The notes beneath the pieces are model-generated. The model saw only the letters and a program-made list of their open reading frames with translations, did not search any database and was not told the DNA's origin. A DNA stretch of 56,654 bases from Candidatus Sericytochromatia bacterium (GTDB lineage Bacteria; Cyanobacteriota; Sericytochromatia; UBA7694): assembly GCA_015272195.1 (NCBI GenBank), contig JACYMC010000233.1, positions 1-56,654 on the forward strand, given 5' to 3'. The translations under genes and the position numbers were made by a program. Shown here piece after piece: positions 1 through 10,400 of this stretch (the stretch's first letter is position 1; each line of letters begins with the position of its first letter).

Positions 1-2
1 TT

Positions 3-386
3 GTAGTAACCTCTTTGACACTGGAGCAGACAACACCCAGAGATCTTTACGAGCAAGTCTACTGTGCCCGCGGGGACATGGAAAACCGGATCAAAGAGCA
101 GAAACACGACCTCGCTGCGGGACGAACGTCAGCGCATCTGTTTCGGGCCAACCAGCTTCGGCTCTGGTTTTCAGGGCTGGCGTATGTTCTGATGCAAGCG
201 ATTCGCCGGCTCGGATTGACGGGCACAAAGCTCGCCAAAGCACAGGCCGGAACAATTCGGCTCAAGCTGTTGAAGGTAGCGGCGCGCGTCCTGCATGTCG
301 GTGGGCACCTGATCTGTCAATTGGCGAGCGCGTGCCCCTTTCGTTCTCTGTGGGGACAGGTTCTGAAGCGATTGCGAATACCGTGA
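3..386 (+). CDS. IS1380-family DDE transposase, C-terminal fragment
   Basis: YCARGDMENRIKEQK...RTS...FRANQLRLWFS..AY.L...TIRLKLLKVAARV is typical of IS1380 transposases. The frame is open back to the window edge. Confidence 0.9.
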   Translation, partial: VVTSLTLEQTTPRDLYEQVYCARGDMENRIKEQKHDLAAGRTSAHLFRANQLRLWFSGLAYVLMQAIRRLGLTGTKLAKAQAGTIRLKLLKVAARVLHVGGHLICQLASACPFRSLWGQVLKRLRIP

Positions 387-559
387 GCCTGAGCCCCTTC
401 ACCAAGATCTCAATCGCCTGAAACCAGGTTATCTTTGGCCTGTCGTCTGTCACCCAGCGAACGAACAAAGACAATGAATCAAGCGTGAAACGGCCTGTTC
501 AGAGGCTACCGAGTTCAGTAACCCCCCCGAAATATACCCTGCACCCTATGTGAACGCGC

Positions 560-577
560 CTTTGTGAGAAATGCGGG
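560..577. repeat. IS right terminal inverted repeat (left copy)
   Basis: CTTTGTGAGAAATGCGGG; its reverse complement matches 56079-56096 at 17/18 positions. Confidence 0.8.
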
Positions 578-638
578 CTAAAGACACAGCGATCAGATCA
601 AACACAATAAACGCAGCGATCAGGACTTTTTTATCCAT
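578..638 (-). pseudogene. 5' remnant (20 codons) of a membrane/exported protein gene interrupted by the IS
   Basis: ATG at 638 reads MDKKVLIAAFIVFDLIAVSL directly into the IS end. GAGG RBS and TTGCAT-16-TATGCT lie upstream on the minus strand. Confidence 0.6.
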
Positions 639-692
639 GCTGTCTTGCCTCGTATGACTCAAAAGATGCCTTTAGCATACCGGGCTTTGGGC

Positions 693-745
693 AAAATGCA
701 AAATCCCCCGCCGGAGCAGGCCTTTCAAGCCTGTACAGCGGGGGA
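693..745 (-). terminator. Intrinsic terminator downstream of the TolC-like gene
   Basis: TCCCCCGC (704-711) / GCGGGGGA (738-745) stem with inner CAGGC/GCCTG, followed on the minus strand by TTTGCATTTT. Confidence 0.65.
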
Positions 746-765
746 GCAAAAGCGAAATGGGGCGC

Positions 766-2253
766 TTAGCGCAACTGGTCGATAATATCCAGCCCCAGGG
801 CCTGATACAGGGCCGCGCGGCGGATGTTGAGATCAAAACGCGCGGTGACCAGATTGTTCTGGGCCTGCTGCAGATTGTTCTGGGCCGTGATCACGTCCAG
901 CATGACCCCCACACCCTCCCGGTAAGAAATACGCGCCACGCGCAGATTTTCTTTGGCCAGCTCCACCCCGGCCAGGGCCAGCTGCTCGCGTTCGAGCACT
1001 TCATCCACGTCCATATAGGCCTGGCGCACGTCCAGAATCACCTGCTGCTGCTTCTGGTTGAGGTTGATCTGAGCCTGCTGGGCGCTGTTTTCGGCCCGCT
1101 GCACCTTGGACTGGGCCGCCAGGCCGTCAAAGATCGGCCAGTTCATATTCAGGCCATAGTTCAGGTTCTGAATATTGGCAGAGTTACCATTGACCACCGC
1201 GTTGTCCTGCAGACTGTAGCGAATTTGGGCCGAAATGGTGGGCCAGAGGGTGCGCCCCTGAATCACGGCGTTCATTTCGGAGATCTCTTTTTGCAGGCGA
1301 ATCTGGCGCAGATCGGCACGGTTTTCGAGGGCGGTCTGCAGGCTCTGGGCCTCGTCCAGCTGGTAGGCCGCCACAGTGGCATAGTTATTGAGCAGGACGG
1401 GGTAATCGGTTTCGCGTCCCATGACCTGGTTGAGCTGCATTTTGGCCTTTTCGTAAGCATTCACACTCTGACTCAGGCGCTGCTGAATCTGCAACATCTG
1501 ACTCTGGGCCTGCAGCAGATCCAGCTTGACACCCGTGCCGGCCTTGATGCGCACCTCGGCTGCGCGAATCTGCTCACGGGCCTGGGCCAGAGCCTCTTCT
1601 TCGATCTGCACCACCTGCCAGGCCCGCAGGGCGTTAAAGTAAGCGTTGGTGACCCGAAACGCCACGTTCTGACGCGTCTGGCGCAAAGCCTGCAGCATCA
1701 TGTCCACGTTGACATTGGCCAGGCGCACGGCGTCCACAATGCGAAAACCGGCAAACAGGGTCTGGCTGAGGGTGACATTGGACTGAAAGGTATTTACGCT
1801 GGCCGTACCCAGAAAAGCGGCAAACTGGGGGTTGTCCGTCAGGCCGCCACCGGCAGCCCCCCCCGAACTCACGTTGGTCGCCTGGCCAGCTGTGACCGGA
1901 TCCTGCCGGCCATAAGAGGCCGTGGCCGAGAGCTGGGGCAGGCCCTGGGCACCGGTTTCGGTAATCTGCAGCCGGGCGTCGCGGATGCGCTCTTCGGCCA
2001 GCAGAATGTCGTGGTTCTGCCTCTGGGCCACATCAATCGCTTCGGTTAAGGTCAAAAAGAACTTTTGTTTATCGGGGTCCGGCAAAATGCTGGCCGGCGG
2101 CTGCAGCGGGGCAGTCTGAGGTGTGGCGGCTGCCGCCGGTTCAGCTGGCGGCGCAGCGGGGGCTTCAGCGGCAGTCTGGGCCTGGACCGGCAGGCTCAGC
2201 AACACTGCCAGCAGGGCGGTCTGGGTCAGGCCCAGACGTTGATGGCGCTTCAT
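766..2253 (-). CDS. TolC-family outer membrane efflux protein
   Basis: Signal peptide, LTLTEAI..A...N.DI, two OEP-like repeats, YREGVGVMLDV..AQ, LYQALG near the C-terminus. Confidence 0.9.
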   Translation of the reverse strand: MKRHQRLGLTQTALLAVLLSLPVQAQTAAEAPAAPPAEPAAAATPQTAPLQPPASILPDPDKQKFFLTLTEAIDVAQRQNHDILLAEERIRDARLQITETGAQGLPQLSATASYGRQDPVTAGQATNVSSGGAAGGGLTDNPQFAAFLGTASVNTFQSNVTLSQTLFAGFRIVDAVRLANVNVDMMLQALRQTRQNVAFRVTNAYFNALRAWQVVQIEEEALAQAREQIRAAEVRIKAGTGVKLDLLQAQSQMLQIQQRLSQSVNAYEKAKMQLNQVMGRETDYPVLLNNYATVAAYQLDEAQSLQTALENRADLRQIRLQKEISEMNAVIQGRTLWPTISAQIRYSLQDNAVVNGNSANIQNLNYGLNMNWPIFDGLAAQSKVQRAENSAQQAQINLNQKQQQVILDVRQAYMDVDEVLEREQLALAGVELAKENLRVARISYREGVGVMLDVITAQNNLQQAQNNLVTARFDLNIRRAALYQALGLDIIDQLR

Positions 2254-3350
2254 AAAAGCCCCTCGGTCATGGTCCAGGGATCCAGTGAGATGCCAAAATG
2301 CAGAAAGTGGGTGTTTTCAAAGGCCGAAGCCCCAAAACTGTACCAGAGCTGGGTGTTGTACTGTCCCACAGCATAAGCGCCCGGAATGATTTCAAACTGA
2401 AGTTTGGCGCCCAGATCCGCACCCACCGTATACAGCAGGCCGTCATTGTTGCGGTTAACAAAGTTCAGCGTCAGCGGATACAGCGTGGCTTCGGGATAAA
2501 GGGTCCAGCGATCATTGAGCTTCCAGCCCAGGGCAGCAGTGGCGCCGGCACCCAGCCGGGTCTGCTCATAATCCATCAGCGAGCCCGTAAAAAGTACCGG
2601 CTGGCGGTCCTGGCTGCTGCGGTTATCGGGTGAGCGGTAATCCAGGATCAGGTCTGCCCCCAGAAAGAGCTCAAAGGGACCGTCCTGCTCATAGACCCAG
2701 CCACCGCCGACTTTGGCCAGCTGGCGGTTAATGTAAAAGGCCGGCTGAAAAGGGAAGTTGGCCACATCCACGGGCATGCGGCTGCGAAAAAAGCGCCCGC
2801 GAAAGGTCAGCGGCGTGCGAAAAGGCTGCAAGTCGGTACTCAGCCCAAACTCGTTCAGCACCAGACCGCCCAGGCCTGTTTCACCCTGATTAAACAGGGT
2901 GTAGTTCAGCTGGTAAAAAGCGGTGAACTGGCTGCCAAAAATCTGCTCGGGCCGGCGGGCGGGCTCACGCCCCTGATGGGCTGAAGGCAGCTGGGTGGTG
3001 AAGCGGGTCAGCGGCTGCAGTTCAATCTGCAGGCGCGGCTGGGACTGGCGAAAGTTCAGCGAAACCGGTTCATAGCCTTCGACCTGAAACAACACCTGAC
3101 CCGACAGACCGGCCTGCAGAGCGAGGGCAAAACGGCCTTCGGCATCGCTGAGGGTACCATTGAGGGCTGCGCGCTGACGCACATAGACGCCGCTGAGCGG
3201 CACCTGGGTTTCGGCGTCCACAATCACCCCGCTGATCTGATGGGTCTCAGCTGCGGCCGGGGGCGCCGCAGGTGCACTCTGGGCAAAAGCCGATGGCAGC
3301 GGCAGGCTGAGTGCCAGCAGCAGCGAAAGAAGTAGGGATTTATTCCACAT
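2250..3350 (-). CDS. Exported protein: carboxypeptidase-regulatory-like N-domain plus probable outer-membrane beta-barrel
   Basis: Signal peptide; ISGVIVDAETQVPLSGVYV...GTLSDAEGRFAL; C-terminal two thirds with alternating aromatic strands ending HFLHFGISLDPW. Confidence 0.7.
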   Translation of the reverse strand: MWNKSLLLSLLLALSLPLPSAFAQSAPAAPPAAAETHQISGVIVDAETQVPLSGVYVRQRAALNGTLSDAEGRFALALQAGLSGQVLFQVEGYEPVSLNFRQSQPRLQIELQPLTRFTTQLPSAHQGREPARRPEQIFGSQFTAFYQLNYTLFNQGETGLGGLVLNEFGLSTDLQPFRTPLTFRGRFFRSRMPVDVANFPFQPAFYINRQLAKVGGGWVYEQDGPFELFLGADLILDYRSPDNRSSQDRQPVLFTGSLMDYEQTRLGAGATAALGWKLNDRWTLYPEATLYPLTLNFVNRNNDGLLYTVGADLGAKLQFEIIPGAYAVGQYNTQLWYSFGASAFENTHFLHFGISLDPWTMTEGLL

Positions 3351-3816
3351 ATTTGCGCAGTTTTTCCTTCATAAAGTGATGTATTTTTAATATAAACAGG
3401 CGATCTTCCAGCGAAAGCTCTTGCATGATATTGCGCAAAATGGCATGACGCCGCTGAGCAATGCGCTGCAGCAGATCCCGTCCCTGGTCTGTAATCGAAA
3501 CCTCCACCACACGCCGGTCACTTTCCAGACGGACCCGGCTGATCAGACCCTGCTTGAGCACCCGGTCCACCAGACCGGTGGCTGCGCCGTGGGTCAGACC
3601 CATCATATCGCTGAGATCTTTCATGCTCATGGACCCACATTTGTCGAGATAAAACAACACACTCAGCTGGGGTGGCGTAATGCTGGTGTCGTTCACGCTT
3701 CCTTCCATCAATTGCTTTTTGGTAAAACGCATCATCAGCAGAAACATTTCATCACTGCTTTCAATCAGGCGCTCGTCCAGATTATCGTGGGTTTCCACAT
3801 CGTCTCTGAGATTCAA
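3340..3816 (-). CDS. MarR-family transcriptional regulator
   Basis: ITPPQLSVL...SMKDLSDMMGLTHGAATGLVDRVLKQGLISR...DRRVVEVSITDQG winged helix. Confidence 0.95.
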   Translation of the reverse strand: MNLRDDVETHDNLDERLIESSDEMFLLMMRFTKKQLMEGSVNDTSITPPQLSVLFYLDKCGSMSMKDLSDMMGLTHGAATGLVDRVLKQGLISRVRLESDRRVVEVSITDQGRDLLQRIAQRRHAILRNIMQELSLEDRLFILKIHHFMKEKLRKYVE

Positions 3817-3919
3817 GTTTTTTATTACCCAATTTCTGTGTTTCTACTGTCTGAAATGCTGTTCAGCTTATAGAATGCTGAAGGCAATAGATTAAATAAA
3901 CTTAAATTAATTATACTCA

Positions 3920-3944
3920 AAATAGTTTTGATTCAAAACTATTT
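3920..3944. promoter_or_regulatory. Palindromic operator 1 (putative MarR site)
   Basis: Perfect 12-1-12 inverted repeat AAATAGTTTTGA-T-TCAAAACTATTT in the AT-rich divergent promoter. Confidence 0.7.
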
Positions 3945-3981
3945 GCACTTCAAAATACTTTTATGGTAAATATGTTTTATA

Positions 3982-4010
3982 CTAAATATTTTATAGTCTA
4001 AAATATTTAG
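3982..4010. promoter_or_regulatory. Palindromic operator 2 (putative MarR site)
   Basis: Perfect 12-5-12 inverted repeat CTAAATATTTTA-TAGTC-TAAAATATTTAG. Its central 25 bp match operator 1 at 19/25. Confidence 0.7.
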
Positions 4011-4041
4011 CGTCAAGCGACAAAGGAATCTATACCTTCAT

Positions 4042-6171
4042 ATGTTTAATCGCAGCCAGGTTATTGCCATGCTGTGCGCTGCACAGCTCCTGATCGCCTG
4101 CACAGCCCCCTTCGGTCTGCAGGCCCGGATCGCCAGCCCACTCGACAAGGCCCTGCGGGCCACTGTTGTCAATACAGAAAGCGGACAGCGCCTCCAGATT
4201 CTGCAACCCGAAAACCTGCCCCCCAGTCTGCAAAACGCCCAGGACATCCGGGCCATTCTTGACAACAGCAACAGCGTTTACCCTGTCACCCGCAACGCCG
4301 ATGGCACCCTGAGTATTCCCCTGCCGGCCGGCCGGGTGGCCGACAGCACCGGTCTGATTGAGCTGCTGCTGAGCGATAATGCCGGCGGCAGCTGGCTGCT
4401 GCGCTTTGATACCGGGCCACTGGTGACACTGCAGGAACCGCCTTTTCAGGTTCAGCCCGCAGGCGCAGCCGTTGTGGGCGCCACCTGGCAGCTGGGCCTG
4501 AACCCTGCAGAAAGCATCGATAACAGCCGCTACAGCTTTAACTGGTTCGCCAGCGCCAGCGCCCAGGGGCCCTGGCAGCCGCTCAGCGGCATGGACGCTA
4601 AGGTTCGCTGGACGCCAGCCCAGCCCGGCAATTATTTTGTGCGCCTTGATCTGCGCGAACGCAGCAGCGGCGCGGTTTCAACGATTATCAGCCCGGCACC
4701 GGTGGTGCTGGCCCAGGCCGCTGACGATATTGTGCTGACCACCCCTGCCGATGGCCGGGTGCTGGCAGGCGATCGCATTGAACTGCAGGCCAATCTGCCC
4801 CATCTGCCTACAGACACCCCGTTGATCTGGTCCTACGGCAGCAGCCCCCAGGGCCCCTGGCAGCCGATTGCTGGCCAGACCCAGGGCCTCAGCTGGGAGC
4901 CACCGGCAGCTGGCGGGTATTTCCTGCGCCTGCAGGTCAGCAGCGCAGAACAACTCGAGACCTATACCTCGTCACGGGTGCTGGTCACGGCTGTCAGCGC
5001 CGATGATGTGCTGCAGACCCTGCCAGCCAGCGGCAGTATCCTCCGGGGTGAGTCTGTCACCCTCAGCGCCAGTCTGCCCGAATTGCCCGCTGGCGCCAGC
5101 TACAGTTGGTCTTTTGCCCCCTCTCCCCAGGGCCCCTTTACCGCCATCAGCGGCAGCGGCCCCAGTCTGGAGTGGCTGCCCGAGCAGAGCGGCAGCTTTT
5201 ATCTGCGCCTGCGCGTTCAGCTGAGCCCGACGGATGTGCGCACCTATACTTCCGGCGAGCCGCTGGTCAGCGTTTCAGATTCCGACAGCGTCTTTGCCCT
5301 CAGCCCCCAGCCGGCCAACCTCAGCCGGGGTGAGTCTGTGGTACTGGCCCTGCGCGAGACGCCCCCACCCGCCCGCCGGATCAGCTGGGCCTATGCTCTC
5401 TCATCCCAGGGTCCCTGGCAGGCGATCACGGGTCAAGGACAAAATCTGCGCTGGACACCGCCCCGCGCCGGCAGTTATTTCCTGCGGGCCGAACTGAGCG
5501 GCGGCAGCGAAGCGAACGCCATCCTCAGCTCGGCCTCCGCGCTGGTCAATGTCAGCGAAAACAGCAACGCCATTCAGGTCAGCCCGGCCACCGGGCAGCG
5601 CCTGGGCCAGCTCGTACGGCTGCGTGCCAATCTGCCGGGTACAGAGGCCAATGCCCGCTACCAGTGGTTTGTGGGGCCCAGCGCCCAGGGGCCCTGGCAA
5701 AGCGCCCAGACCCTTGACAGTCAGCCCGAAAGTGCTGAACTCAACTGGTGGCCCGGCCAGGCCGGCAATTACCACGTCAAGGTCGATTTGCTGCAGAATC
5801 AGCAGGTGATCAGCTTTGTCTCACCCCAGCCGCTGGTGTTTATCAGCGCGGCGGAGACCTTCTTTCAGGTCAGCCCCCAGCCGGCCAATATCAGCACCCA
5901 GGGCGCGGTTGAAATCAACGCCTTCTTCCAGCCGCCGGCTGGTGAAACCTTCAGCTACTCCTGGTCTGCTGCACCGGCCCCCACCGGGCCCTTTATTGCC
6001 CTGGGCGGCAGCAACCAGCTCCGTTTTAACTGGACGCAGCCGGGCCAGGTCGGCCGTTATTTTCTGCGCCTGGACGCCCGCTCCAATCAAAGTGGGCGCG
6101 TTGTTTCCTTCCTCTCCGCTGAGCCTCTGGTCACAGTCGGAGAAGCCAGCCAAGCCACACCGAGGTTTTAG
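4042..6171 (+). CDS. Lipoprotein with six tandem ~95-aa Ig-like repeats, function unknown
   Basis: Lipobox LLIAC. Six copies of W...S.QGP(W/F)...G...L.W.P...G.Y.(L/V)R, e.g. WSYGSSPQGPWQPIAG..LSWEPPAAGGYFLRLQV. Confidence 0.75.
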   Translation: MFNRSQVIAMLCAAQLLIACTAPFGLQARIASPLDKALRATVVNTESGQRLQILQPENLPPSLQNAQDIRAILDNSNSVYPVTRNADGTLSIPLPAGRVADSTGLIELLLSDNAGGSWLLRFDTGPLVTLQEPPFQVQPAGAAVVGATWQLGLNPAESIDNSRYSFNWFASASAQGPWQPLSGMDAKVRWTPAQPGNYFVRLDLRERSSGAVSTIISPAPVVLAQAADDIVLTTPADGRVLAGDRIELQANLPHLPTDTPLIWSYGSSPQGPWQPIAGQTQGLSWEPPAAGGYFLRLQVSSAEQLETYTSSRVLVTAVSADDVLQTLPASGSILRGESVTLSASLPELPAGASYSWSFAPSPQGPFTAISGSGPSLEWLPEQSGSFYLRLRVQLSPTDVRTYTSGEPLVSVSDSDSVFALSPQPANLSRGESVVLALRETPPPARRISWAYALSSQGPWQAITGQGQNLRWTPPRAGSYFLRAELSGGSEANAILSSASALVNVSENSNAIQVSPATGQRLGQLVRLRANLPGTEANARYQWFVGPSAQGPWQSAQTLDSQPESAELNWWPGQAGNYHVKVDLLQNQQVISFVSPQPLVFISAAETFFQVSPQPANISTQGAVEINAFFQPPAGETFSYSWSAAPAPTGPFIALGGSNQLRFNWTQPGQVGRYFLRLDARSNQSGRVVSFLSAEPLVTVGEASQATPRF

Positions 6172-6177
6172 AACATC

Positions 6178-7491
6178 ATGAAAGCACTCTCTTTTCGTCT
6201 GCCCGCCCTGCTGCTGAGCCTCAGCCTGCTGGTAACGGCCTGTTCCGGCAGCGATGAGCCCGCAGCCAGTGAAGCCAGCCCGAGCGCCCAGAGCGACAGC
6301 GCCAGCAAAGAAACCAATGTGCGCGTGCTCCAGCTGCGCCCCAGCTCTTTTACCCGCCAGAGCGAACTCACAGGCACAGTCGAACCCTGGAAAAGCGTCA
6401 CTTTGGCCGCTGAAATTGGCGGCAAACTCGAAAACTTTCGCCTCACTGAAGGCCAGACCGTCAGACAGGGCCAGGTTCTGGGCAGCGTCAACGCCCGGGT
6501 CCTGAGCGCCCAGAAAAACCAGGCGGAGGCCAATTACAAACTGAGTCAGCTGCAGGAAAAGTGGCAAAAACAAAACCTGAGCAAACAGGTCGATCTGGCC
6601 GAAACCGGTTATGCCAATGCCGCCAGCACCTACAGCCGCCAGAAACAACTCTATCAGGAGCAGGTGGTATCGGCCCAGAATTTTGACAACAGCGAAACCA
6701 GTCTGGCCAACAGCAAACTGCAGCTGGAGCTCCAGAAAATCAGCCGGTCAGCGGGGCTGGAAGTCAACCAGCAGCAAACCCGTGTGGCGGCCGCCAGTCT
6801 GGAAGTGGCCAGGGTTTCGCTGTCACAGGCCAGCATCAGCAGTCCACTGAGCGGCTATGTCAACCGCGTCAATGCCGAAAACGGCGAGGTGGTCAGCCCC
6901 GGTATGGCCCTGGCTGAAATTGTGCAAATGAACCCGGTCAAACTGACCGTGGGTGTGCCTGAACGCGAAATTGCCGCCGTCAGCCTCGGCCAGGAAGTGG
7001 AAGTGTTCTTTGATGCCCTGCCCGATCAGCGCTTTAAGGGCCAGATTATCTTTATTGCCGCCGTGGCCGAACAGGAAAGCAAAACCTTTCCGATTAAAAT
7101 CCGGCTGGATAACCCCGGCATCAAAATGCGCGGCGGCATGATTGGGCGCATTGCACTGAACCAGGGCCGCGTCAACGATGCCATTGTGGTACCACAGGAT
7201 GCCGTGATCGACGAAAAAGGCGGTCGTTTTGTGTTTGTGGAACAGGACGGTATCGCCCGCAAAACCAGCGTAACCCTCGGCCCGCGCCAGGGCAGCGAAG
7301 TGGTGATCAGCAGCGGCTTAAAAGCTGGCGATGCCCTGATCACCTTTGGTCAGCGCAACGTGCTTGACGGGGACCCGGTCAACGTTCAGGAGCGACGTTT
7401 TCAGGGCGCACCACCGCCCCCTGAAGCCCAGCCTGCCAGCAGTCCGACTGCCAGCAACAGCCCGGCACCTGCCACCAAAGCGGAGGGCTGA
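6178..7491 (+). CDS. RND efflux periplasmic adaptor (membrane fusion protein), lipoprotein
   Basis: Lipobox LVTAC; TLAAEIGG...GQTVRQGQVL, coiled coil, ISSPLSGYV, VPQDAV, GLKAGD. Confidence 0.95.
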   Translation: MKALSFRLPALLLSLSLLVTACSGSDEPAASEASPSAQSDSASKETNVRVLQLRPSSFTRQSELTGTVEPWKSVTLAAEIGGKLENFRLTEGQTVRQGQVLGSVNARVLSAQKNQAEANYKLSQLQEKWQKQNLSKQVDLAETGYANAASTYSRQKQLYQEQVVSAQNFDNSETSLANSKLQLELQKISRSAGLEVNQQQTRVAAASLEVARVSLSQASISSPLSGYVNRVNAENGEVVSPGMALAEIVQMNPVKLTVGVPEREIAAVSLGQEVEVFFDALPDQRFKGQIIFIAAVAEQESKTFPIKIRLDNPGIKMRGGMIGRIALNQGRVNDAIVVPQDAVIDEKGGRFVFVEQDGIARKTSVTLGPRQGSEVVISSGLKAGDALITFGQRNVLDGDPVNVQERRFQGAPPPPEAQPASSPTASNSPAPATKAEG

Positions 7492-7493
7492 AA

Positions 7494-10400
7494 ATGGGTC
7501 TGACACGTCTGGCGATTCGCAACGCCACCAGCGTTTTTATCATTATTTTTATCGTTTTTATTGTCGGCATTCAGTCTTACCTGAGCCTGCCGCGTGAAGG
7601 CTCACCCGATATCCAGATCCCAATTGTGATTGTCTCCACGCCTTATTTTGGTGTGGCCGCCAAAGATATCGAAACCCTGGTGACCGTCCCGATCGAAAAA
7701 AAGCTCAAAGAACTATCGGATGTCAAAGAGCTCAGTTCCACCTCGGCAGAAAGTGCCTCCATCATTACGATTGAATTTGAGCCCGATGTCGACATCGACA
7801 ACGCCCTGCAAAAGGTACGCGACAAGGTGGATCTGGCCAAAGTTGATCTGCCAACTGACACCGAAGAATCGGCCATTATTGAAATCAACTTCTCTGACTT
7901 TCCGATCATGCAGCTCAACATTGCCGGCGATCTGGGGGTCACCGCCCTGAAAAAAATCGGTGAAGATATTGAAGACGAAATTGAACAGATCAAAGGCGTG
8001 CTCGAAGTCAACCTGATCGGCGGCCTCGAGCGCGAAATCAAGGTGATTGTCGACGCAGAGCGCCTCGATTACTACAAACTCTCATTCAACAGCGTGATCA
8101 ATGCGCTGCAGGCCCAGAACGTGAACGTGCCCGGCGGCAGCATTGAAGTCGGCGATCTAAAGTATCTGGTGCGTGTTCCGGGCGAGTTTGAGAGCATGAC
8201 CGAAATTGAAAATATTGTGCTCAAAGCCCCCCAGGGCAATGCGGTTTACTTAAAAGATGTGGCCCGGGTCGAAGACAGCTTTGAAGATCGCACCACCTAT
8301 GCCCGTCTCGACGGCAAAGAAAGCATTACCCTCAGTATCCAGAAACGCTCCGGCGAAAACCTGCTGCGCATTTCAAACGAGATCAAAACCCTGGTCGAAA
8401 AAAAGAAAAAACAGTACCCCCAGTTAAACTTTACGATCACCTCCGATCAGTCTGACTTTGTCAAAGACATTCTGGCCGATTTGCAGAACAACATGATCAC
8501 CGGCTTTTTACTGGTGCTGGTGGTTCTCTTCTTTGCCCTGGGCTTCTTTAACGCCTCCTTTGTGGCCCTGGCCATTCCCCTGTCGATGATGATGACCTTT
8601 GCCACCCTGCAGATGCTGGGCATCACCCTCAACTTTATCGTACTCTTTGCCCTGATTGTGGCTTTAGGCATGCTGGTTGACAACTCTGTGGTGATTGTCG
8701 AAGGCACCTACCGCCTGATGCAGGAGGGCACGCCCCGTTTGCAGGCTTCGATTCAGGCCTCCAAAGAACTGGGCGGCCCGCTGATTTCATCGACCCTGAC
8801 CACCCTGGCCGCCTTTTTTCCGCTGCTGTTCTGGCCAGGGGTCACCGGTGAGTTTATGGGTTATTTTCCCAAGCTGCTGATCATTGGCCTGTCGGCTTCA
8901 CTCTTTGTGGCCGTGATCATCAACCCCGTCTTTACCGCCAAATTTATGCGTCTGCGCAAAGGCAGCTATAACATCGACGGGAATGTACGCCATCCCCTGC
9001 TCCGAGGCTATCGCTGGATTCTGCTGCTGGCCGTGCGCTGGCGTTACCTGACCGTGGGCCTGACGGTGGCCCTGTTTGTGCTGACCATTATGGTTTACGG
9101 GAAGTTTGGCAAAGGCGTGATCTTCTTTTCAGAAGAAGAACCTGCCGTGGCATCGATTGAAATCAAGCTGCCTGAAGGCACACGGGTGGAAGTCACCAAC
9201 CAGATTGCCGAACAGGTCAGCGCCATTGCCGAAAAGTACCGCGAAGGCAGCATTGAGTACATCATCGCCAACGTAGGCAGCGCCAGCCAGAGTGATGGGC
9301 CGGCCGCCGGCGGCGGTGACGGCAGCGGCAGCCGCTCGCACAATGCCAGCGTCACGCTGGATTTTCTGGATGCCGCCGATCGGCAGCGTTCTTCAGCCGA
9401 GATCCTCGAAGAGATCCGCAAAGAGGTTCAAAGTCTGACCGGCGCTGAGTTTGAAATCAAAGAACAAAAAAATGGCCCGCCGTCAGGCGCGCCCGTCTCG
9501 CTGGAGCTTTCAGGTGACAACCTCGAAGACCTGGCCCGCCTGACCGAGGAGATCAAAGATCTGATCGAACCCATTCCAGGGGTAGTGGATTTGCGCGATA
9601 ACTTCAGTCTGAGCAAACCCGAACTGATCGTGGACGTGGATCGGGCCAAAGCCTCACTGCTGAAGCTCGATCCACTGACCGTAGGCAACACCATTCGTAC
9701 GGCCATTAACGGCACCGATGCCTCCAAATTCAGGGAGCTGGACGAAGAATACGATATTACCGTGCGCCTGGGGGCTGAGCGCCGCCAGAGTATTGATGAC
9801 GTGGTGCGGCTGCAGGTCTCCAACCGCGACGACGAGCCCATTGCCCTGAGTACGGTCGCACGGGTTGAAACCCGCAGTGGCGCCGGCTCGATTCGCCGCA
9901 AAGACTCCAAGCGCACCGTGACCATTGAATCCAACGTGGAAGGCCGTCTGGCCAGCGAAATTCTGGCAGATGTTGAAAAAGTGCTGGCTGAAAAGCTCAC
10001 CCTGCCCGCTGGCTACAGCATCAAATACGGTGGCGAACAAGCTGACCAGCAGGAGTCTGGTGAGTTTCTGAGCCGGGCCTTTTTGCTGGTGGTGATGCTG
10101 ATCTTTCTGATTCTGGTCACCCAGTTTAACTCCTTTATTCTGCCGGTGATCATTCTCAGCACCGTCGTGCTGTCGATCATGGGTGTTTTAATGGGACAGT
10201 TGGTGACCGGCAGCCCCTTCAGCGTAATCCTGTCGGGCCTGGGCGTGATTTCACTGGCTGGCATTGTTGTCAACAACGGCATTGTGTTTATCGACTATAT
10301 CGAAGCACTTAAAAAGCGAGGCTACAGCGCCTATGATGCCGTTATTCAGACCGGTCTGGTCCGTGTACGTCCGGTCATGCTGACGGCCATGACCACCCTG

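Larger units (their letters stand above)
1..577 (+). mobile_element. IS1380-family insertion sequence, 3' part (truncated by window start)
   Basis: Transposase C-terminus followed by about 190 bp non-coding DNA ending in TGAGAAATGCGGG, then CTAA. An inverted near-identical copy lies at the other window end. Confidence 0.9.

Noticed and set aside
262-474. 70-aa antisense ORF in both IS copies (also 56181-56393)
   Set aside because: TTG start, no RBS, overlaps the transposase; its conservation simply reflects IS identity.
757-2049. 430-aa plus-strand ORF
   Set aside because: Antisense shadow of the TolC gene, expected with strong GC codon bias; no motifs.
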